In this document: positions 27,307-37,330 of the stretch, piece after piece
Layout of the letters: each line of letters begins with the position of its first letter
Position numbering within the stretch: position 1 is the first letter of the stretch
Assembly: GCA_964291265.2 (NCBI GenBank)
Contig: OZ219747.1
Coordinates: 3,968,001 to 4,032,000, forward strand
Source of the DNA: Alphaproteobacteria bacterium
GTDB taxonomy: Bacteria > Pseudomonadota > Alphaproteobacteria > SP197
Length of the DNA stretch: 64,000 nucleotides
Direction: 5' to 3'
Position numbers and translations under genes: made by a program
Notes under the pieces: model-generated
What the model was told of the DNA's origin: nothing
What the model saw: the letters and a program-made list of their open reading frames with translations, nothing else
The model's database searches: none

Positions 27307-30138
27307 CTACGTAACGCGCCCGCCGCTTGATCTTCTGGTTCGTCCGGTCCGTGACTGCGCGATTCTGGAGGCGTCGAGCGGTGTACGCATCTTCTCGTAC
27401 CGCATGAACAGGTGTTCGATCCGGTCGCGCTCGGAGGTAAACGGCTTCTGCCGGTAGAGCCGGTCCACTGCCCGGTCGAGGCGCGTGTGGGCACGGCGGA
27501 GGGTTGGGGGCATCAGGTCGGTATCGTAGAGGTCGGCAAGAGTCGCCGCCGGATGATGGGCACGGGCATCGAGCACGGCCCAGGCCAGCGGCTCTAGATT
27601 CGACAGGTCCGCTTCGCCGGAAGCGAAGCCGCGCGGGGTCGGGAAGGTGTTGTAAACGAGACCAATGGAATAGCGGTAGCGGCTTTCCAGCCGCCCTCCG
27701 ACATGACGCAGCCACGTCATGTGCATCGCCGAGGTCAACAGTGCGAAATCCGCCAAGGTCGCGTTTTCCAGGACGCGAACCAAGTTGCTCGGAATGACCG
27801 GCGGTTCCAGCCAGCCGATGGGGGCGTATTCGCGTCGCTCCAAACTCACCTCGGGAATCACCAGGAACGGTGCGGTGGGGATGACTTCTACGTTGTAGCG
27901 CGTCGGGAAGTCGGCAATCGCCAGCGTGCTCTTGCGCTTGCTCTTCGCCCGAAAGCTGCGAACCGCTGCCATGCGCTCCCGGACGCGCGGGAGTTGCCTC
28001 AATGTCGCGGGCGCCGCCGCCTGCAAGGCCAGAATCCAACGCTCGCCGCCCTGCAGGTATTCGCGTGCACCGACATAGGGGCGCAAATATGGCACGGCGT
28101 CCGGTTCCGCTTCCAATAGTTCGGCGCGTTCTTCCGCATCGAAGATGTACTCGCCGTCATCAATGGGCTGGCTTCCGCTGATCAACCTTCCCATGCCATT
28201 GATCGGCGCACTTTCCTCCCGTACCACCAGATGCGGGTCCGACAGCCCGCCCGCATCGAACAGGTACGGCGACAGCGCTCCGTGGCGGCTTTCCTCCGGG
28301 TCGCCGTTGATGTCGGGATAGCTGAACAACCGCTTCTCCGCCCGCGCGGCCTCACGCCGGTCGAGACCGAGGATGACGACATGCACGTGCGCCCTGCCGC
28401 GCGCATCCGATCCCCATGCGAAGGTCCGGTGCGCGAACGCAATCTCCAAATTGCAGCGCCCGAACAACACCGGCCATAGCTGCGCGACCTGCTCGCCCTG
28501 GGTGATCGAGTTGGTCGCGACGAAGCCGATCCGGGCGCGGCCGCCCTGCACATACTCTCCTGCCTTGATGAACCATGCGGCGACATAATCGAGTGTGCCG
28601 CCGCTCTTGCCGAGGGCCGCGACCCCGCGCACCTGCGCGCGCTGGTCCGGCGTCTGGTACTTCGCACCGACGAACGGCGGATTGCCCAGCACGAATGAAC
28701 ACTCGCCCGGCGGCAGCAAGTCGGACCAGTCGGTTTCCAGCGCATCACCGTGGACGACATGCGGCGACATTTTAAGTGGGATACGCACATAGCTGTGGCC
28801 GAACTCCAAACTCAACCGGTTGTTCATGATGTGGTCCATCATCCACAACGCGGTCTCCGCGATACGGGCCGGGAACTCGCCAAGCTCGATCCCGTAGAAC
28901 TGGTCCACATCCACCACCGACTGCCACGCAGCATCGAGCTCCGCCTGCCCGGTCGCCGACATCGCCTTCCGAATCTCACGAATGATCTCGATTTCGAGCA
29001 GCCTCAATTCCCGGTAGGCGATGATGAGGAAGTTGCCGCAGCCGCACGCCGGGTCGAAGAATGTCAGGCGGCCAAGTCTGGCATGAAAGCGGTGAAGCCC
29101 GGCCAGACGCCGACTGTCTTTGCGGGTCTTCAACTGCTCGACCTCGGCGCGCAGCTCGTCCAGGAACAGCGGCTCGATGACCTTGAGGATGTTCTGCTCG
29201 GTCGTGTAGTGCGCACCCTGAGCGCGGCGTTCGGCAGGCTCCATCACCGACTGGAACAGTGCGCCGAAGATCGCGGGCGAGATGTTCGACCAGTCGAAGC
29301 GGCAGGCGTCGAGCAGGGCGGTGCGCATCGCCGCGTCGAACGCCGGGATCCGAAGCGCGCCCCGGAACAGGTCGCCATTGACATAGGGAAAGCGCGCCAG
29401 GTCCTCGTCGAGCGTGCGCTGGCGCCGGGCCTCCGGAGTGTTCAGTACTTGGAACAGCTGCGTGAGCCACAGGCCGAGGTCGGCGCCGTCCTCGCCGGTG
29501 CGCGCCTCGAGGAAGTCGAGGAACAGGTCGCGCGGCTCGAAGATGCCGGTGTCGTCGGCGAAGAGGCAGAAGACGGTCCGCACCAGGAAGCGCTCAAGAT
29601 CGTACCCCGCGTAGCCGGTCTCGCGGAGCGCGTCGTGAAGACGACCGACCAGCTCCGCAGCCTCGATGTTGGCCGGATCCTGATCGCGAAAGGCCCGGCG
29701 CTGCACGCCGAGGATGAAACCGAACGCTTCGACATGCTCCGGCAGATCGGCAAGCGCAAAGGCGATGGTCTCGTGTTCATCGAGGTCGTGAAGCTCGAAG
29801 GTCCGGAAGTCGCTCACCAGGATGTAGCGCGGGCGCTCGCGATCCGCCAGCGCGTCAAAGTACTCCCCGGCCTGTTCGTACGCCTTGCCGAGATCGCGCC
29901 CGGCGCTCTTCTGTTCGACGATGAGCACGCCCGGCCAGAACAGGTCGATGAAGCCCGAACGGTTGTCGAGCTTCGCGACGTGGGCCTCGTAGCGCGCAAC
30001 ACTCCGGCGCTGCACCCCGAACACGTCGAAGAAGGCGTTGTAGAAGCTCTGCGTCTCGCCCTTCTCGTAGGCCGCGTCCTTCCAGTCCTTGGCGAAGGCG
30101 GCAGCGCGAACCCGCACCTCGTTCCACGACAGGCGCAT
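27307..30138 (-). CDS. MmeI-like type IIL restriction-modification enzyme (N6-adenine MTase with N-terminal nuclease)
   Basis: FIDLFWPGVLIVEQKS, GAHYT, FDPACGCGNFL, GNPPF, FVATNSITQGEQ, YRYSIGLVYNTFP. Confidence 0.92.
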   Translation of the reverse strand: MRLSWNEVRVRAAAFAKDWKDAAYEKGETQSFYNAFFDVFGVQRRSVARYEAHVAKLDNRSGFIDLFWPGVLIVEQKSAGRDLGKAYEQAGEYFDALADRERPRYILVSDFRTFELHDLDEHETIAFALADLPEHVEAFGFILGVQRRAFRDQDPANIEAAELVGRLHDALRETGYAGYDLERFLVRTVFCLFADDTGIFEPRDLFLDFLEARTGEDGADLGLWLTQLFQVLNTPEARRQRTLDEDLARFPYVNGDLFRGALRIPAFDAAMRTALLDACRFDWSNISPAIFGALFQSVMEPAERRAQGAHYTTEQNILKVIEPLFLDELRAEVEQLKTRKDSRRLAGLHRFHARLGRLTFFDPACGCGNFLIIAYRELRLLEIEIIREIRKAMSATGQAELDAAWQSVVDVDQFYGIELGEFPARIAETALWMMDHIMNNRLSLEFGHSYVRIPLKMSPHVVHGDALETDWSDLLPPGECSFVLGNPPFVGAKYQTPDQRAQVRGVAALGKSGGTLDYVAAWFIKAGEYVQGGRARIGFVATNSITQGEQVAQLWPVLFGRCNLEIAFAHRTFAWGSDARGRAHVHVVILGLDRREAARAEKRLFSYPDINGDPEESRHGALSPYLFDAGGLSDPHLVVREESAPINGMGRLISGSQPIDDGEYIFDAEERAELLEAEPDAVPYLRPYVGAREYLQGGERWILALQAAAPATLRQLPRVRERMAAVRSFRAKSKRKSTLAIADFPTRYNVEVIPTAPFLVIPEVSLERREYAPIGWLEPPVIPSNLVRVLENATLADFALLTSAMHMTWLRHVGGRLESRYRYSIGLVYNTFPTPRGFASGEADLSNLEPLAWAVLDARAHHPAATLADLYDTDLMPPTLRRAHTRLDRAVDRLYRQKPFTSERDRIEHLFMRYEKMRTPLDASRIAQSRTGRTRRSSGGRVT

Positions 30139-30859
30139 CAGACGGCGGCACCCGGCCTAGCGCCCACAACCGGACGGTGCACCGCCGGTTCGAAACGGAC
30201 GGCCGACAGCCAGGAGGTCCGGACACCGTCCGACCGCACGGATGCAAGACCCTGTCATGCGTGCAACACGGCCACACGCGGTCCGGCGAAGCCTCGATCC
30301 TGGCGTGCCTGCACAGACTCGTCGCACACCCGCAACCGCATCCCCTGCTCGGCAGTCATCGCGCTCTTGCAGCAATCGCATTTCCTTGTGCCCGCGTGTC
30401 ATGATGGATTGTCGTGCCCCACGTTCCACACCGCAAGCGCCTGCCACGGTGCCAGTCCCAGCGGTCACGCTGCGGAGCAGAAATGAGCACGACGTTCGGT
30501 GGGACAGACACCGCGGGAACCGGTATCACCATGACCTTCGGTCAAGAGACTCCCAGGCTCGCGGAGGTTCTCCACAAGCCCCGGAAGCTGTCGCTTGTCG
30601 ATGACTGCAGGCGGCGGATCGCCTGATCCGCTACCCCCGGCTGTCCGGATTCTCCGCTCACGGCTTCGGCTGGACCTTTCCCGCTGGACGCGTCGGGAGA
30701 GAGCGCTCATGATCCGGTGCACGGACTGTGCGACAATGTCGCTCTGACGCAGAAACAGTGCTTTGACTTCGCATCGGGTCCTGTTGGCCGTGAACGGTCC
30801 AGTGCAGGATCCGGGATTGGATTGAGACGTGGTGTCGGTCGGACGTTCGCCGATCCCGC

Positions 30860-32410
30860 TCATGCGGTCTCGGCGCGGATGTCGAGGAGGTTGCGCGCCT
30901 CGCGCCCGCAGGCCACGCCGACGAGGTGGACCGGGCCGGCGTGGTCGCGGTAGGTCTCGGCATAGCCCCGCTCGCGCATCTGCGCCAGCGCCGCAGCGCC
31001 GTCCCCCTCGCCCTCGGCCATCTTGAACTCCAGCACGAAGACCTGACCGCCGAGGCGCACCACCATGTCCGCACGGCCGCGATGCGAGGCCTCCTCCACG
31101 CTCAAATTCACCCCGACCGAACGCAGGCATATGTAGAGAAGACTCGCATACCAGGCCTCGTAGCGCGCCAGGTCGCCCTGCGCATGCCACTGGTAGGGAA
31201 TGCCCGCAAGCCAGGCGCGGAGCTTCTCGCCGAAGCCAGCGAAGTCGTTCGCCTCCAGCAGGGCGCAGAACTCCCGGCCCCGCTCCAGCGGCTCGACCCC
31301 CTTCCTGCCCAGCCAGGCAAGCAGTCCGCGGTTCAGGCTGATGCGGACCTCGAGGTTGGGATAGTCCAGCCGGTAGAGAGCGTCGAACTCGTCCCGCTCC
31401 TCCCCCGCGATGGTCAGGTAGCCGGTCTGGAAGAGCAGGGCCTCGATGGCGATGTCGTCGACATCGAACTTGGAGACCAGGGACATGCCCGCCAGCCGCC
31501 CCTCCAGTTCCATCGGGCTCACCGACTTCTCCATCAGCATGCGGAACAGGAAGTCCGGCGATCCGGTCTCGAACCAGTAGGGGCGGAACTCGCGGCTGTC
31601 GAGCAGCAGAAGCACGTCATAAGGATTGTAGACCCGCTCCCCGCCCCGCCAGTGGTAGCCGTTGTACCAGGTGCGGACCTTCTCGCGGTCCAGACCGACA
31701 AACTCAGGCCCGAACACACGGTCGAGATCCTCCTCGCGGTAGCCGCAGATCGTGGCGAAGCGCGGATCGAGGCTGATGTCCTTCAGGTTGTTGAGACCCG
31801 AGAACAGGCTGACTTTCGAGAACATGCTGACACCGGTGACGAAGACGAAACGGACGTGTTCGGCGCTGTCCTTGACGATGCCGTAGAAGCCGCGCAGGTA
31901 GTCCCGGTTGGCCCTCGCGAGCTCGGGATCGTGGAGCACGTCGAGGATCGGCTTGTCGTACTCGTCCACCAGCACCACCACCTGCCGGCCGGCGGCGCCG
32001 TGCAGGCGGTCGAGGATGTCGAGAAGGCGTTCGGGTCCGGTCCTGCAGGCAGCGGACGGGAGCCCGGCATGGCGTTCGACCAGTTCGAGTTGGGTCAGGA
32101 TGTTGCGCTCGATGTCCCCGGGTTCGTTGTACTTCCCGCCGAAGCTCAGCCGCACCACAGGATGCGGCGCAGACCAGTCCCAGTGGGGGTGGATGTCCAG
32201 TCCCCGGAACAGGGGTTCGTGGCAGGCGAACAGCGACCGCAGGGTGTCGAGCAGCAGGCTCTTGCCGAAACGGCGCGGACGCGACAGGAAGTAATGGTCA
32301 CCCTGCTCGACCAGGTCCCGGATGAGAGGGGTCTTGTCGACATAGTAGCTGCCGGTCTCCCGGAGGCGCCGGAAGTCCTGGATCCCGATCGGAAGACGGC
32401 GGCGGCTCAT
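30860..32410 (-). CDS. AAA-ATPase-like + PD-(D/E)XK nuclease (PDDEXK_9-type) protein
   Basis: LPIGIQDF, YYVDKT, SRPRRFGKSL, LVDEYDKP, GRADM…VLEFK; start set to ATG 32410. Confidence 0.9.
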   Translation of the reverse strand: MSRRRLPIGIQDFRRLRETGSYYVDKTPLIRDLVEQGDHYFLSRPRRFGKSLLLDTLRSLFACHEPLFRGLDIHPHWDWSAPHPVVRLSFGGKYNEPGDIERNILTQLELVERHAGLPSAACRTGPERLLDILDRLHGAAGRQVVVLVDEYDKPILDVLHDPELARANRDYLRGFYGIVKDSAEHVRFVFVTGVSMFSKVSLFSGLNNLKDISLDPRFATICGYREEDLDRVFGPEFVGLDREKVRTWYNGYHWRGGERVYNPYDVLLLLDSREFRPYWFETGSPDFLFRMLMEKSVSPMELEGRLAGMSLVSKFDVDDIAIEALLFQTGYLTIAGEERDEFDALYRLDYPNLEVRISLNRGLLAWLGRKGVEPLERGREFCALLEANDFAGFGEKLRAWLAGIPYQWHAQGDLARYEAWYASLLYICLRSVGVNLSVEEASHRGRADMVVRLGGQVFVLEFKMAEGEGDGAAALAQMRERGYAETYRDHAGPVHLVGVACGREARNLLDIRAETA

Positions 32411-33174
32411 CGGTCTCTCCCTTCGCGGCGCCGGAACCTGCGGCTGAGGCGGGAGGCGCGGAGCCTTCCTTGCCGTGGCTCCCGGGGTCCCGGAACGGCC
32501 GCCCCTGAACGCAACAGCTACGCTATCCGCCCGTCTGTTCATGGGCAAGGGACAGACACGACCAGGGCGAACATGAAGGGCAACCCGTGGCGGTTCAGCT
32601 TCGCAACCCGGATGCTCATGTTGCGAAGCGGCTCCGGGGGCGAAAGACACCTTGCGTCGTGAGCCGTTTCGGCCCTGTCGCCCGCGAATACGATACCGCC
32701 TGCCCTTGTTGCGGCGCGTGTGCTGCAACCGGTCTCCGGTTTGGTTGCGGACTGCCGCGACAGGTTCGCTGCGGTCGTACGGGCACTCGGCATGAAGTCA
32801 TGACGCTCGTGCTGAGCGACGGTGCGCCGCATGGTCGCCAGCGGCTGTCCGGATGGGGGTTGCGGTGCGACAGCTCCCACGTGACCTGCGCCCTTTCGTC
32901 TCCCTGTGATCCTGTCCTGAAGGACGAACGGCGACGCCCTTGGGGTCGGAATTCGGGTGTCGAAGAGTTCCCGTCGGTCGAAAGTTCCGATGACGAATTC
33001 GACCGGGAAGAGGTCAGTGCTGAGGACGATTCCCTGGCGGCCGTTTCGATGCGTTCCCAAGGCGAATTCGCGCGAAGGCCGTCGCCCGTACCCTTGAATC
33101 CTTCCAGCATCGGTGAGGCCGGAACTCCCTTGCCGCCGCCGGACGTGATCCAATCAGATCGGACAATGCCACAA

Positions 33175-33251
33175 TGGTCGGAGTGGGAGGATTCGAACCT
33201 CCGGCCCCTGCCTCCCGAAGACAGTGCTCTACCAGGCTGAGCTACACTCCG
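33175..33251 (-). tRNA. tRNA-Pro (CGG)
   Basis: CGGAGTGTAGCTCAGCCTGGTAGAGCACTGTCTTCGGGAGGCAGGGGCCGGAGGTTCGAATCCTCCCACTCCGACCA: cloverleaf, anticodon CGG, encoded CCA. Confidence 0.97.
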
Positions 33252-33299
33252 CCAACACACGAAATCCGCAGAGACGGCCTTATACCGGCTGTCCTGTCA

Positions 33300-33765
33300 G
33301 CCCGCAACTGCGGCATAAGTTCATCGGTGCATCCATCGCCGGGCAATCGATGACACCGTGGCCTTCGAGGATCACTCCATGGGGCCGGCGGGCCGCCTCG
33401 ACGCTGACGAGGCCGTCCCTGACATCGCGGGCGACCTCCACGGAAGGGATCGCCCCAGCCGTCGCCTGGCGAAAAAGCGTGGTCAATACAGGCACCACAG
33501 ACATGACTGCCGCAGGCGGCGGGAAGGCGCTGACGGCCCCGGCCCGGCCTCCTGCGGTGCCGTGGCCGCCGAGCCGTCCGAGACCCTCGCTGCGGAGGTG
33601 AAAGGTCGAGGAATCCTGCACGTCGACAAGGCAGTCCACGCCGCGTCCATCCCGCCAGGTGCCGGGTGTTGACAGGGTCCTGGCGATCAGCAGTGCGCCG
33701 TCGCCGTCCTGCAGCACGAAATCGGTGAACATTCCTCCCCAGTCGACCGCGATACGGTACGCGTC
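33300..33765 (-). pseudogene. hydantoinase/oxoprolinase A+B deletion remnant
   Basis: YRIAVDWGGMFTDFV…TLSTP (A-subunit N-terminus) joined to EVARDVRDGLVSVEAARRPHGVIL (B-subunit C-terminus). Confidence 0.7.
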
Positions 33766-33834
33766 AGCGGATTCCTTCCCGTGTGGTGCGGTGTTCCCTC
33801 CGCGCGCCATCACCTGACGACGGCTTCGCCCGAA

Positions 33835-34920
33835 TCAGAACTTCCGATCGATGCAGAACCCGACGAGATCCAGCAACGCATCGCGGTAGGTGTTCCCGGC
33901 AAGGTTCGCGAGAGCATCGCGCGCCGTCACGGCATGACGCTGCGCTTCGTCCAGGGTGGCCTGCAGCGTTTTGTGGCGGGCAAGAAGGACCATCGCGTGC
34001 TCGAGGTCGCCGTCGCGCTGGTCCACCCGGGCGAAGGTTCGCTCCCAGAACCGTCGTTCCTCCGGCGTGCCGCGTTCGCATGCCAGCAGAACCGGCATGG
34101 TGATCTTTCCCTCGCGGAAGTCGTCGCCCACCGTCTTGCCGAGATCATTCTGCAGTGCCGAGTAATCGAGAACGTCGTCAACGAGCTGAAAGGCGGTGCC
34201 GAGAGCCAGGCCATAGTCGCGCATGGCCTTGCGTGTGCTCCCGTCCTCGCCGGCAACCACGGCGCCGATCTCGCTCGCCGTGGCAAAGAGCGTCGCGGTC
34301 TTGGCCTGGAGCACGTCCATGCAGGCATCGGGTGAAGCGTCGAGATCGTCGGCAATGGCGAGTTGCCTGATTTCGCCCTCGGCGATGACAGCCGAGGCCT
34401 CCGTGAGAATGTCAAGAATCTCCAGTGACCCATCCCTCACCATCAGCCGGAAGGCACGGCTCAGCAGGAAGTCGCCGACCAGAACGGGCGGCTTGTTGCC
34501 CCACAGGGCATTGGCCGTTGCCGCGCCGCGTCTCAGCGCGCTGCCGTCAACCACATCATCGTGCAGCAGCGTCGCCGTGTGAATGAACTCGATGCAGGCT
34601 GCAAGGTTGATGTGGCGGGTGCCGTGGTATCCGAACATCCGGGCCACCAGAAGGGTGAGCGTGGGGCGGATACGCTTGCCACCGGACGAGACGATGTGCC
34701 CGGCGATCTTCGGAATCATCGCCACGGGATTGTCGAGGAGTCCGACAATGACGCGGTCGACGGCCGCGAGATCGTCGGCAACCAGGCGCCTCAAGGGCTC
34801 GATGGAATGCCCGACGGCATCGAGGTGGGGGCGTGCAACGGACAAGGGACGCTCCGGACTGCGGCACCATCGCCGGATGCGGTCCGCCGATGGATGAATC
34901 CTATCAGCATGGGCGTCCAT
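33835..34920 (-). CDS. ispB: polyprenyl diphosphate synthase
   Basis: GGKRIRP, HTATLLHDDVVD, AFQLVDD, GKTVGDDFREGKITMP; real start probably downstream of 34920. Confidence 0.9.
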   Translation of the reverse strand: MDAHADRIHPSADRIRRWCRSPERPLSVARPHLDAVGHSIEPLRRLVADDLAAVDRVIVGLLDNPVAMIPKIAGHIVSSGGKRIRPTLTLLVARMFGYHGTRHINLAACIEFIHTATLLHDDVVDGSALRRGAATANALWGNKPPVLVGDFLLSRAFRLMVRDGSLEILDILTEASAVIAEGEIRQLAIADDLDASPDACMDVLQAKTATLFATASEIGAVVAGEDGSTRKAMRDYGLALGTAFQLVDDVLDYSALQNDLGKTVGDDFREGKITMPVLLACERGTPEERRFWERTFARVDQRDGDLEHAMVLLARHKTLQATLDEAQRHAVTARDALANLAGNTYRDALLDLVGFCIDRKF

Positions 34921-34992
34921 GATAAAGGCGCACGTGTCACCGGGCGTCCCGGTACGCTATGGTCATCCGGCATGGCAGGGGAACCGGCGCCC

Positions 34993-35211
34993 ATGAAGGA
35001 AGTTCTGCGGACCAACGACATGGTCACGCTCTCCTGGGCCAGCGCGGTCCTCAAGGATGCGGATGTTCTCCACCACGTGTTCGATCAACACACCAGCGCG
35101 CTTCAGGGCAGCATTCTTGCCATCGAGAAACGCCTGCTGGTGGGCGACGACGATCTGAGCATCGCCCGTGGTCTGCTGCGTGACGCCGGGATCGATGTCC
35201 GGGGCGACTGA
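34993..35211 (+). CDS. DUF2007 domain protein
   Basis: MKEVLRTND…FDQHTSALQGSI; typical position between ispB and a methyltransferase. Confidence 0.8.
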   Translation: MKEVLRTNDMVTLSWASAVLKDADVLHHVFDQHTSALQGSILAIEKRLLVGDDDLSIARGLLRDAGIDVRGD

Positions 35212-35935
35212 GCCCGCCGAAACCCTGCTGGGCGGCAGGGTTCGCATGGCAGGCCAGGAGCACGGGCTGAAGACGACGACCGACACCGTCATGCTCGCGG
35301 CCGCGGTCGTGGCGCGCGAGAAGACCCGTGTTCTGGATGCCGGGTGCGGTGCCGGCGGCGCGATGCTGTGCCTTGCATGGCGCCTGCCGTCGACGCACAT
35401 CACCGGGCTGGAACACGATCCCGTTCTCGCCGGGTTGGCGAGGCGCAACATTGCGCTGAACGACGTTGCGGCGCGCGTCTCCGTTCACGAGGGAGATCTT
35501 GCGGATTCGCATCACCCCGGTGAACGGTTCGATGTCGTCATGACCAACCCGCCCCATCTCGATGCACACCGTGCCAGGGCGCCGCGAGACCCGCGCCGCG
35601 CCGGAGCCGTGGTCGAGACGATACCGCTGGAGGACTGGATCGGCCATTGTCTGGAACGTCTCGCCCACAAGGGGTCGATCGTTCTCGTGCACCGGGCAGA
35701 GAGACTCGGCGACATCCTGGGCATCCTGGCAAGGCGAACGGGCGCCATCGACATCATGCCCCTGCTGCCCCGTGACGACGGATCACCGGCGAAACGGATT
35801 CTGGTGAGGGCCACCAAGGGGGCTGCTCGGCCACTCAGACTCCTGCCAGGCCTGGTGCTGCATGACGGTGACGGGCGCTACCTGCCCCGGGTGCAACGTG
35901 TGCTCGAGGACGGCGCCGCCCTGGAATGGTGCTGA
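35195..35935 (+). CDS. tRNA1(Val) A37 N6-methyltransferase-like protein (YfiC/TrmN6 family)
   Basis: VLDAGCGAG, MTNPP, AKRILV. Confidence 0.8.
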   Translation: MSGATEPAETLLGGRVRMAGQEHGLKTTTDTVMLAAAVVAREKTRVLDAGCGAGGAMLCLAWRLPSTHITGLEHDPVLAGLARRNIALNDVAARVSVHEGDLADSHHPGERFDVVMTNPPHLDAHRARAPRDPRRAGAVVETIPLEDWIGHCLERLAHKGSIVLVHRAERLGDILGILARRTGAIDIMPLLPRDDGSPAKRILVRATKGAARPLRLLPGLVLHDGDGRYLPRVQRVLEDGAALEWC

Positions 35936-35948
35936 CTCTCGGAAGCAA

Positions 35949-35978
35949 CAGGGACCGGGAGTGGCCTCCCGGTCCCTG
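35949..35978. terminator. hairpin between convergent genes
   Basis: perfect 13-bp stem CAGGGACCGGGAG / CTCCCGGTCCCTG. Confidence 0.65.
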
Positions 35979-36005
35979 GCAATCCGGTGTCCATGGAGTG
36001 AATGA

Positions 36006-37196
36006 TCAGAGACCTGCCTTGACCTCTTCGAACATGATCTGGATCTGATCTTCCGGCGTCATGGCAATCTGCAGGAAGCCGGTCGACAGCAACTCCTCGG
36101 GGTTCTTGGAAAGTCCGCGTGAAGCAAGCTGCTCCGAAGAAACCATGTCGTAGGCCCTGGAGTTGGCATGGCCGTATCCGAAGGCCAGGATCTCGAACGT
36201 TCCTGCCCCGGGAGAGAGATAGGAATCGATGATCTGGTGTGCCTTCATGATCATCTCGTCGCCACGTTCGTCGTTCATCCTGGTGCGCGAGAGACCGCAT
36301 ACCCAGGTCATGGCCCCCTCCTTGGGCTTCATGAACGCAACCGGCAGTCCCTGGCCGCGCAATGCGGTGATCGAACTGTTCCACGTGGCGGCGGCGACCA
36401 GTTCGCCCGTTGCCAGGCCCTGTTCGACGTCTGTCATGCTGGTCGCGTAGTAACGCAGCAGTGGCAGTTGCTCGCGCAACAGGTTGGCAACGAGTTCCAT
36501 GTTGGCAGGATCAGAAAGATCATAGGGATTCTCGAGACCGGCGTAGATTCCGGCGACGGCCACGCCGTCGATCAGGCTGTCGATCATCGAGACACGCCCG
36601 GCATACTTGGGATCCCAGAGTATCCCCCAAGAGTGATTGTCCTCGTCAGCGTATTCGGGTGCAAGATCGGTACGGAATGTCACCGACGTCTGACCCCAGT
36701 CCATGGGCACGAAGATGCGCTCGCCATCGATGACGGAATCATCGAGGTTCTTCAACGACGGCAGGACATCATCCCAGTTGCTGAGCAGGCTGGTATCGAT
36801 ACCGCCCATCAGCCCCGCATCGTACCATTGGCGAATCTTGTAGGTGCAGGGAGCCGTGACGTCTGGAGAGAAACCGGCACGCATCTTTGCGAAGGCCTCT
36901 TCCTCGTCAGCCCAGAACGAGAAATTCGTGGCACAGCCGTGTTGGTCGATGTACTGCTGGTGGAAGCTGACTTCGTCGTAGCCCGACCAGGTGAAGGTCA
37001 ACGGGGTATCGCTGCCACCACAACTTTCCGCGGGTATCTCTTCGATCTGCTGCGCCGATGCCGTGAGCGGTACCATTACGGTTGAAATGCCAAAGGCGCC
37101 GAGAATTGCATTGGTCTGGCGGCGGTTGTACTTGCCGCTGCGGATGCCGTCGGTGATCCGGTTGATGTCCAACCGGGCCGGATCGAGTTGTGTCAT
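36006..37196 (-). CDS. PotD/PotF-like polyamine ABC substrate-binding protein (orphan, Tat-like signal)
   Basis: NRRQ signal, FTWSGY, SWGILWDPKYAGRVS, MKPKEGAMTW; GGAGG RBS. Confidence 0.85.
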   Translation of the reverse strand: MTQLDPARLDINRITDGIRSGKYNRRQTNAILGAFGISTVMVPLTASAQQIEEIPAESCGGSDTPLTFTWSGYDEVSFHQQYIDQHGCATNFSFWADEEEAFAKMRAGFSPDVTAPCTYKIRQWYDAGLMGGIDTSLLSNWDDVLPSLKNLDDSVIDGERIFVPMDWGQTSVTFRTDLAPEYADEDNHSWGILWDPKYAGRVSMIDSLIDGVAVAGIYAGLENPYDLSDPANMELVANLLREQLPLLRYYATSMTDVEQGLATGELVAAATWNSSITALRGQGLPVAFMKPKEGAMTWVCGLSRTRMNDERGDEMIMKAHQIIDSYLSPGAGTFEILAFGYGHANSRAYDMVSSEQLASRGLSKNPEELLSTGFLQIAMTPEDQIQIMFEEVKAGL

Positions 37197-37330
37197 GGAA
37201 AAAGACCTCCCTGTCGCGAATTCTGTGGAACACACAAGTCAACTGATGGCCCATGTTCCATGATCGCCTCGGTTCTGGCAAGGGAAGATGCGCACGCATC
37301 AACGGCATTGGCCTGGGCGTCGCGGATGGC

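Noticed and set aside
30157-30850. Genes or ncRNA in the spacers 30157-30850, 32420-33170 and 49970-50400
   Set aside because: No recognisable motif, codon bias or structure that I can support.
28750-32662. Long plus-strand ORFs (578 aa each), and similar ones at 23-1513, 14431-16071, 50237-51898 and 53634-55520
   Set aside because: Antisense shadows of real genes, typical of high-GC DNA; no recognisable motifs.
26430-33251. att duplication of the tRNA-Pro 3' end bounding an island
   Set aside because: No second copy of TGGTCGGAGTGGGAGG seen by eye.
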